Shown here piece by piece: positions 58,584-64,000 of a stretch of 64,000 nucleotides of DNA. Both the position numbers and the translations under genes were made by a program. The stretch's first letter is position 1, and each line of letters begins with the position of its first letter. Location: contig OZ241963.1 in NCBI GenBank assembly GCA_965204115.1, positions 306,489 to 370,488 of the forward strand, given 5' to 3'. Below the pieces are notes generated by a model. The model was not told where the DNA came from. It did no database searches and worked only from the letters and a program-made list of their open reading frames with translations. The DNA comes from Minisyncoccota bacterium (GTDB lineage: Bacteria > Patescibacteriota > Minisyncoccia > Phycocordibacterales > JABAAK01).

Positions 58584-61500
58584 CTAAATAACCGGCTCAA
58601 TGACAATAGGGTGCATGATGTCTCCCCCTATGGTATAGGTGGGGAGTTCGGTGAGCTTGAAGGAAATGCCCGCTTGTTTACCGAGGTTGTCCAGCTGTTT
58701 TTTGATGATGGGGTAGGAGGTGGTGTCTCTGGCTTTGGCGTAAATGGGAATAGGATTGCCGGTGTCAAGGTAATGCTGCTTGTAGAGGTCAGCGAATGTT
58801 TTGAGAAGTCGTCCCCCTGCCATTCTGTTAGAAGGGTTAGCAACAAAGTCGGCGATGTAAATACAAGGGGTGTTTTTGTAAGTGTCATCGTCAAGGTACT
58901 GATCGGTAATCTTCCCTTCGTAGGCAAGGAGGTATCCTTGCATTGTTTCAATATTGCTATCGTTAACAGCAGTGTATTTGACAGAGAGATTCGGTCGCTC
59001 TTTGGCTGCGTTGTTGATGTCTTTGGCGATGAGGGAATTTTCCATAGCGAAGAGTGATCCAACGAGTGATTCGTTATCGTGGTAGGCCTTACCTTCTAAG
59101 TAACCGACCTTGATGCTGTCTTGGTAGGTGAGAGGAGAAAGCCCTTTGGCGAAAGATACTGGTTGCTGTCGTTCAGCTGGATGCTCGGTAATATCTTTTT
59201 TAGCAAAAATGTCTTCTTGTTCAGCAAGGTTGAGAACATAGACCCCGTTTCTGTCGTTGTCTGTGTAACTAACGGGGGCTTGGGGAATATAGGTGTTCTG
59301 CTCTTTGGGAAGTCCGGTAAGGGCATCAGCATAGCCCATGCCAATAGGCACTTTCTCGGTGTTGAGTCCCTGCTCCTCGCTATACCGCTTCATATACTCG
59401 GTGAAGAAGTCACGGTATATGGCTTCTATGGTCTCTTCGTCTTTTTTGTAATTCGGTGCGACTTCTACATTGTCGCAGGTCAGGTAGGTGTCTGCGGTGG
59501 TGAGGACATCTTCGGGCAGGATGTCTTCCAAATGGGATCTGCTGTTGAGCTTGTCAATGATGTTCGGCACAGAGGTGTGGACATCCATATTTTTAGTGAC
59601 AACACTCTGAGCGATGGTGCGCGCGCTGCCATCTTCCTTAACTTGTCTGATGGCAAACTGTGTGGTGTTGGGGTTGAAGGTGTAGACGGTGTTCTTGCCG
59701 TCACCGAAGGGCATGCAGTTGGAGGTGTCATTGCCGGTGATAGCGCCGTTCGGATCATCTTTTCGGAATATCTGCGCGATGTACTCCTGTGTTTTTACCG
59801 GCGCTCGTGGTATACCGAAATCTTCATTGTAGAGGAACTCCTCCGCCTTCTTTTCAAGCTCGGCTATTTCTTCCGGGAAATCATTCCCTGCCAGGTAGTC
59901 ATTGACGGTGAAACCTTTTGCATCTAGGTCGCCCTTTTTGCGTTTTTGCTTCTGTTTTCCATTGTACGGTTTTAAGAGGGTGTTTATCTGGCTGAAGAGA
60001 AGTCCGGGGTTTTTCGCTTTACCGGGGATATTGTTTCTTCGTGAACCGAGTGCAGTATGGAGGGACTCTCTGAGAGATGCGGGCGGTGCTTCTCCTGCTA
60101 CTGGCACCGAGTATCTAATCTCTAAGGGGGTGAAAGTGGAGACCTCGTCCAACACCCCTTCCACGAGGGCATCTCTGAGATCTTCGTCAGCGAGGTCAAG
60201 GTTGAGGATGTGCATGTAGTTTGAGGACTTCTTGCGATTGTGGTCTTCCTGTTTGGTGTATGATGCATTTGCTGCAAAAAAGATTTCTGGGTTATTTATA
60301 AACTGCTCTACCCACTGCACATTAATCTTACTGTCTTTGTGGAAGAGTAGGGGTACTGCATAATTGTAGAGATCGTCCTTTCCTTCTTCTTTTATCTCTT
60401 TGAGTTTTGAAAGCGTCTTCGTTTTATCAATCATCTGCTGGAGTGCGCTGTATCGCTTAAGGTTGTTCCATGAGGCAAACACCGCTTCCGGTGAGCTCAA
60501 TGTCTTTGCGAGATCTTGAAGCAGACCAATCTCCGCGTACTCCTTAGCTTTGCTCATCACCTCTGTAACATTATGATTCATTGTTTGTGCTATTTCATTA
60601 AGCAGGTGGTGTGCGGTGCCCTCGTTGTAGGTGGCATTGTCCGCTTGTACTTGTTGGAGGATGTTGTTGTAGAATACATTTTCGCTGAGTCCTGATGACT
60701 CATACAGGGTGAGTATTTTATTTCCGGCATGCACGGCATCATGAAAGGAGAGCCCCTCTCGCTCCTGAAAGGATATCATACGCTGATATCCGAACATTTC
60801 TGCCATTTGCACAAACCGGTCGGTCACAAAAGTGTGTTCGGTATTTCTCACCCCTTCTGTTTCCGTAAACATTTCTTTCCACTCATCCTCGCCCATGTCA
60901 TTAAATAGATGGTCAATGCCAGTGAAGGCGTCACGATACCACCATACAGTCAGCTTTTGTCCTCGCTCAATAAGTTTGGTGGCGATCTTGTCGTTAACCT
61001 CTTTAGAGTTGGAAAGGAATTCTGTAATTACCCGACCCTCCCCCGTCTCAATGAGATTGAGTATGACCCCTGTGCTAAACCCTGTGTCAGAGGTAGAAAA
61101 TATCTCCTCTACAACGTGAAGATTGCGCAACTGTCTTTTAGTATCATATGTATTAACGCCCCTAAATAGCAGATCCACGCATGTTTCTACCAGCACTTGC
61201 TGATAATCAGTGCTCATAGTGGCGTATTTAGGGAAACGAAAGTCCTGTATATACTTTTTCAAATGGTCACGGTTAAAATTTTTCTGATTGTTAAGGTATT
61301 GACACACACCCTCTGCCAGAGATTGAAGTGATTGTGTATCAGCGGCATAATCAACCTCCGGAAGAAAAGATTTCCAAGCATCATCCGGAAAAGCAAAGTT
61401 GTATTTGATATCAAATAGGTGCTCGAGGTGTATTGGGCGCATACTTGCTGCTATCTCTTCTTGCACTCTTTCCTGCAGTTTTTCAAAACCGGAATCACCA

Positions 61501-62780
61501 TATTTCGGAATTCTGTAGCATTCAAAAAAAACATCTACATATTCATCATTTTGTATTTTTTTAAAAATAACATCATCCACTTTCTTTCGTGTGCCTTCAG
61601 GCATGGCGGCATACTCATTGATGGCAGGAATATCATCTTCTGTAATAATGTTTTCAAGACGGACATCAAAGATTTTTGTTATGGCAACAATGCCCACAAA
61701 ATTAGTTCCGTTGAGCATGTCAATTAATTTCTCTCGTATTATTTGCCGGGAGAATGCATCAATTTCGCTATAGTCAGGGAGCGAAAGAATAGAAAAAATA
61801 TAGTGGGCATCTTCCCCTGCCTGCAGCGCGGTCAATATGGTGTTCAAGATATCTTTTTTATCTTCTGGATCAAGAGATTCGTATGCAAACTCTTTAAAAA
61901 CATCCTTAACGCTTAACGCTACGTTCCGCTCATTGGCACTCATTGGCTTCTGTATCCAATCCATCACCGATGCCTGCACTTCTTTGTCATTATTATAGTG
62001 ATCCGGGATATCAAAAAAATCCCTACTAAGCGGATGAATGAATGTTCGCGCAATCATCTCAATAGTTCTCACATTAACAGGGCATAGCGACGCCTTCATT
62101 TCCTCCACTATCATTGCCTGTAATTCTTCATCAGCATTCGGATACTCAGGAATAGAGAAATCACGGATCACTGAGTCAAGCCCGCTGACATTAGTATTGT
62201 CATACACGCCATTGCGCCATTTTGCACACCAGTGCCGAAAATATTGCAATAAAACATTTTTTTGTTCCGGCGAGGCATCAGCATACTTATAGGTGATGTC
62301 TGTGAAAGGGGTATCATGAACATAGCCAAGTTCATATCCCGCAGATTGTGCAGTGTCAAACTCTCCCGCTCGAAACATGTCGCGGAGGCGTTCCTGCACT
62401 TCTGCTCCACTCTTCTCTTCGTCGTGTAAAAAAATCCTTTCATACTCTGCCGATCTGTTAAGCGGCGTACCTCTTCTGACATAAAGACCGTCCTTTATGT
62501 CACCTGAATAATGATCAATGCGTGCGCGACCAATCGCTCTTAAAATTTCCCTTTGTAGTGGAGGAGAAGCAGCTGCAAATATACTTCCTTCTCCCTGTCG
62601 TACTTCTTGAAGGATTGGTGAAATTGTGCTTTCAATAGATTCCAGATCGTCATTCCGCAACGCCTGCATTAACGCACCTTCCCACTGTCGCACTTCCTGA
62701 ATAGCCCGTCGCCGTCGATCCATCTCGTTTCTTTCTTGCTTTGATGCTCTGTGTAAATTTTTAATTTTTTCTGGAGGCAT
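58584..62780 (-). CDS. Very large hypothetical protein: helical N-terminal half, GNDTSNCM motif, C-terminal GNAT-like domain
   Basis: 1398-aa ORF; GNDTSNCMPFG, DNVE, CIYIADF...GGRLL...AKARDTTSY. Confidence 0.7.
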   Translation of the reverse strand: MPPEKIKNLHRASKQERNEMDRRRRAIQEVRQWEGALMQALRNDDLESIESTISPILQEVRQGEGSIFAAASPPLQREILRAIGRARIDHYSGDIKDGLYVRRGTPLNRSAEYERIFLHDEEKSGAEVQERLRDMFRAGEFDTAQSAGYELGYVHDTPFTDITYKYADASPEQKNVLLQYFRHWCAKWRNGVYDNTNVSGLDSVIRDFSIPEYPNADEELQAMIVEEMKASLCPVNVRTIEMIARTFIHPLSRDFFDIPDHYNNDKEVQASVMDWIQKPMSANERNVALSVKDVFKEFAYESLDPEDKKDILNTILTALQAGEDAHYIFSILSLPDYSEIDAFSRQIIREKLIDMLNGTNFVGIVAITKIFDVRLENIITEDDIPAINEYAAMPEGTRKKVDDVIFKKIQNDEYVDVFFECYRIPKYGDSGFEKLQERVQEEIAASMRPIHLEHLFDIKYNFAFPDDAWKSFLPEVDYAADTQSLQSLAEGVCQYLNNQKNFNRDHLKKYIQDFRFPKYATMSTDYQQVLVETCVDLLFRGVNTYDTKRQLRNLHVVEEIFSTSDTGFSTGVILNLIETGEGRVITEFLSNSKEVNDKIATKLIERGQKLTVWWYRDAFTGIDHLFNDMGEDEWKEMFTETEGVRNTEHTFVTDRFVQMAEMFGYQRMISFQEREGLSFHDAVHAGNKILTLYESSGLSENVFYNNILQQVQADNATYNEGTAHHLLNEIAQTMNHNVTEVMSKAKEYAEIGLLQDLAKTLSSPEAVFASWNNLKRYSALQQMIDKTKTLSKLKEIKEEGKDDLYNYAVPLLFHKDSKINVQWVEQFINNPEIFFAANASYTKQEDHNRKKSSNYMHILNLDLADEDLRDALVEGVLDEVSTFTPLEIRYSVPVAGEAPPASLRESLHTALGSRRNNIPGKAKNPGLLFSQINTLLKPYNGKQKQKRKKGDLDAKGFTVNDYLAGNDFPEEIAELEKKAEEFLYNEDFGIPRAPVKTQEYIAQIFRKDDPNGAITGNDTSNCMPFGDGKNTVYTFNPNTTQFAIRQVKEDGSARTIAQSVVTKNMDVHTSVPNIIDKLNSRSHLEDILPEDVLTTADTYLTCDNVEVAPNYKKDEETIEAIYRDFFTEYMKRYSEEQGLNTEKVPIGMGYADALTGLPKEQNTYIPQAPVSYTDNDRNGVYVLNLAEQEDIFAKKDITEHPAERQQPVSFAKGLSPLTYQDSIKVGYLEGKAYHDNESLVGSLFAMENSLIAKDINNAAKERPNLSVKYTAVNDSNIETMQGYLLAYEGKITDQYLDDDTYKNTPCIYIADFVANPSNRMAGGRLLKTFADLYKQHYLDTGNPIPIYAKARDTTSYPIIKKQLDNLGKQAGISFKLTELPTYTIGGDIMHPIVIEPVI

Positions 62781-62874
62781 ATCCTATGTGAACATAGTAC
62801 CCCGCTTTCCTGAAGTGTCTCGTATGCTGGTGGATTTATGTGCAGATACCCGCTCGAAAAAATGCTGATAAAAA

Positions 62875-62907
62875 TTATACCGCCAACCCTTTGTTTTGGC
62901 GGTATAA
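62875..62907. terminator. Intrinsic terminator
   Basis: TTATACCGCCAA...TTGGCGGTATAA. Confidence 0.65.
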
Positions 62908-62930
62908 AGCGTGTGGTGTAGATTGAAAAA

Positions 62931-63275
62931 TCAAGATACTGGTGCGCCGGCTTCGCGAAGTTTTTTGATTCCCCTCTTCCTTTCGTCCTCAGCGTCTTTA
63001 AGAGACCTGAAAGTGATCTCCTCCTTGAGTTTTATCATACCGAACACTCTGATCTTCCACATATCTCCGCGGTATCCCGCATACAGGAAATAGTGTGGCG
63101 TGATGACATCAAGATACACCCAAATGACCGGTGTATTGAATCTTTCTACAAATTCTTGCGCCTCTTCAAGTGACTCACACTCTTCTTCTATTTTGAAGCC
63201 GTTGAGGCACTCCAGATCGCTTTCTAAAAATACCTTTCCGCCATCTTTGTGGCGAAAAACCTTTATACCGTCCAT
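62931..63275 (-). CDS. Hypothetical protein
   Basis: AAGGAGG RBS before ATG at 63275; terminator downstream. Confidence 0.65.
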   Translation of the reverse strand: MDGIKVFRHKDGGKVFLESDLECLNGFKIEEECESLEEAQEFVERFNTPVIWVYLDVITPHYFLYAGYRGDMWKIRVFGMIKLKEEITFRSLKDAEDERKRGIKKLREAGAPVS

Positions 63276-63386
63276 ACCTTCCTCCTTATTTTGGCTGTTT
63301 GGACTCTGGGCTATAGTATACACTTTTGGGAAGTGGGTTTCTCAAAAGCACCCCGTCGGCAGTTTTTACGGTATTATGGCTAGTGT

Positions 63387-64000
63387 ATGAAACATCTTGT
63401 GATTGTGGAGTCACCGACAAAGGTGAAGACCATCAAGAAGTACCTCGGGAAGGATTATTCCGTTGTCGCGTCGGTCGGGCATATTCGTGATTTACCGAAA
63501 AGCGAGAAGGATGCGGTGGATATTGAGGATGGCTTTACACCGAAGTATGTTGTGAGCGCTGATAAAAAGAAGGTGGTGAACGATATCGTGAAGAAGGCAC
63601 AAGCCGCTGACCACATCATCCTTGCTACCGACCCCGACCGCGAAGGGGAGGCGATTGCGTGGCATATCCAGCAGGCGGCAAAGCTGAAGAGTCCTGATCG
63701 TATTGTTTTTAACGAGATCACCCAAGAGGCGGTACAGGAGGCGCTGGAGCATCCGCGCAAGATAGACCAGTCGTTGCGGAAGTCGCAGGAAGCCCGTCGG
63801 GTTTTGGATCGTCTGTTCGGCTACACCCTCAGTAAGCTCATCTGGACGAAGGTGCGCTATGGTCTCTCAGCCGGGCGCGTGCAATCGCCGGCTTTGCGCA
63901 TCTTGATGGAGCGGGAGCGGGAGATCAGAAAATTTAAGCCGGTCACCTATTGGGAGTTACAGAGTGTCTTTAAGCGCGATGACGGCACTGAACACATCGC
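63387..64000 (+). CDS. topA: DNA topoisomerase I (5' part; runs off the window)
   Basis: Manual translation MKHLVIVESPTKVKTI..ASVGHIRDLP..ATDPDREGEAI..RRVLDRL..SAGRVQS. Confidence 0.96.
   Translation, partial: MKHLVIVESPTKVKTIKKYLGKDYSVVASVGHIRDLPKSEKDAVDIEDGFTPKYVVSADKKKVVNDIVKKAQAADHIILATDPDREGEAIAWHIQQAAKLKSPDRIVFNEITQEAVQEALEHPRKIDQSLRKSQEARRVLDRLFGYTLSKLIWTKVRYGLSAGRVQSPALRILMEREREIRKFKPVTYWELQSVFKRDDGTEHI

Noticed and set aside
1-64000. Alternative genetic code (TGA = Gly)
   Set aside because: ruvB and secY end at TGA at their expected C-termini, and conserved genes are uninterrupted under code 11.

Overview
64-kb window of a reduced, gene-dense genome of the CPR/Patescibacteria type, most likely Parcubacteria (inference from the short archaeal-type AspRS, N-terminally truncated PheS, short YebC, rpsE-rplO without rpmD, CPR-type pilin fusions, and TGA used as a stop codon). 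Most genes lie on the minus strand. Content is mainly housekeeping (aspS, trpS, pheS/T, ruvB/C, gyrB, topA, pnp, lepA, murJ, PBP1A, 3' part of the spc operon with secY, rplS, rpsO, tRNA-Ser, RNase P RNA), plus type IV pilus/competence genes, DsbA/CcdA and large Cys-rich surface proteins. The most unusual signal is a pair of small non-coding hairpin cassettes (226 and 250 bp). Each lies between a host gene and a second copy of that gene's 3' end: tRNA-Ser in one case, and ruvB in the other, where the second copy is synonymously recoded. The two cassettes share a covarying REP-like hairpin. Other notable points: -10 boxes immediately before many start codons (probable leaderless translation), a poly-G tract in a promoter spacer, a 24-bp hairpin overlapping the RNase P RNA 3' end, and a pilin fused to a Hedgehog/M15-like peptidase. 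All protein family assignments come from motif recognition by eye, not database searches.
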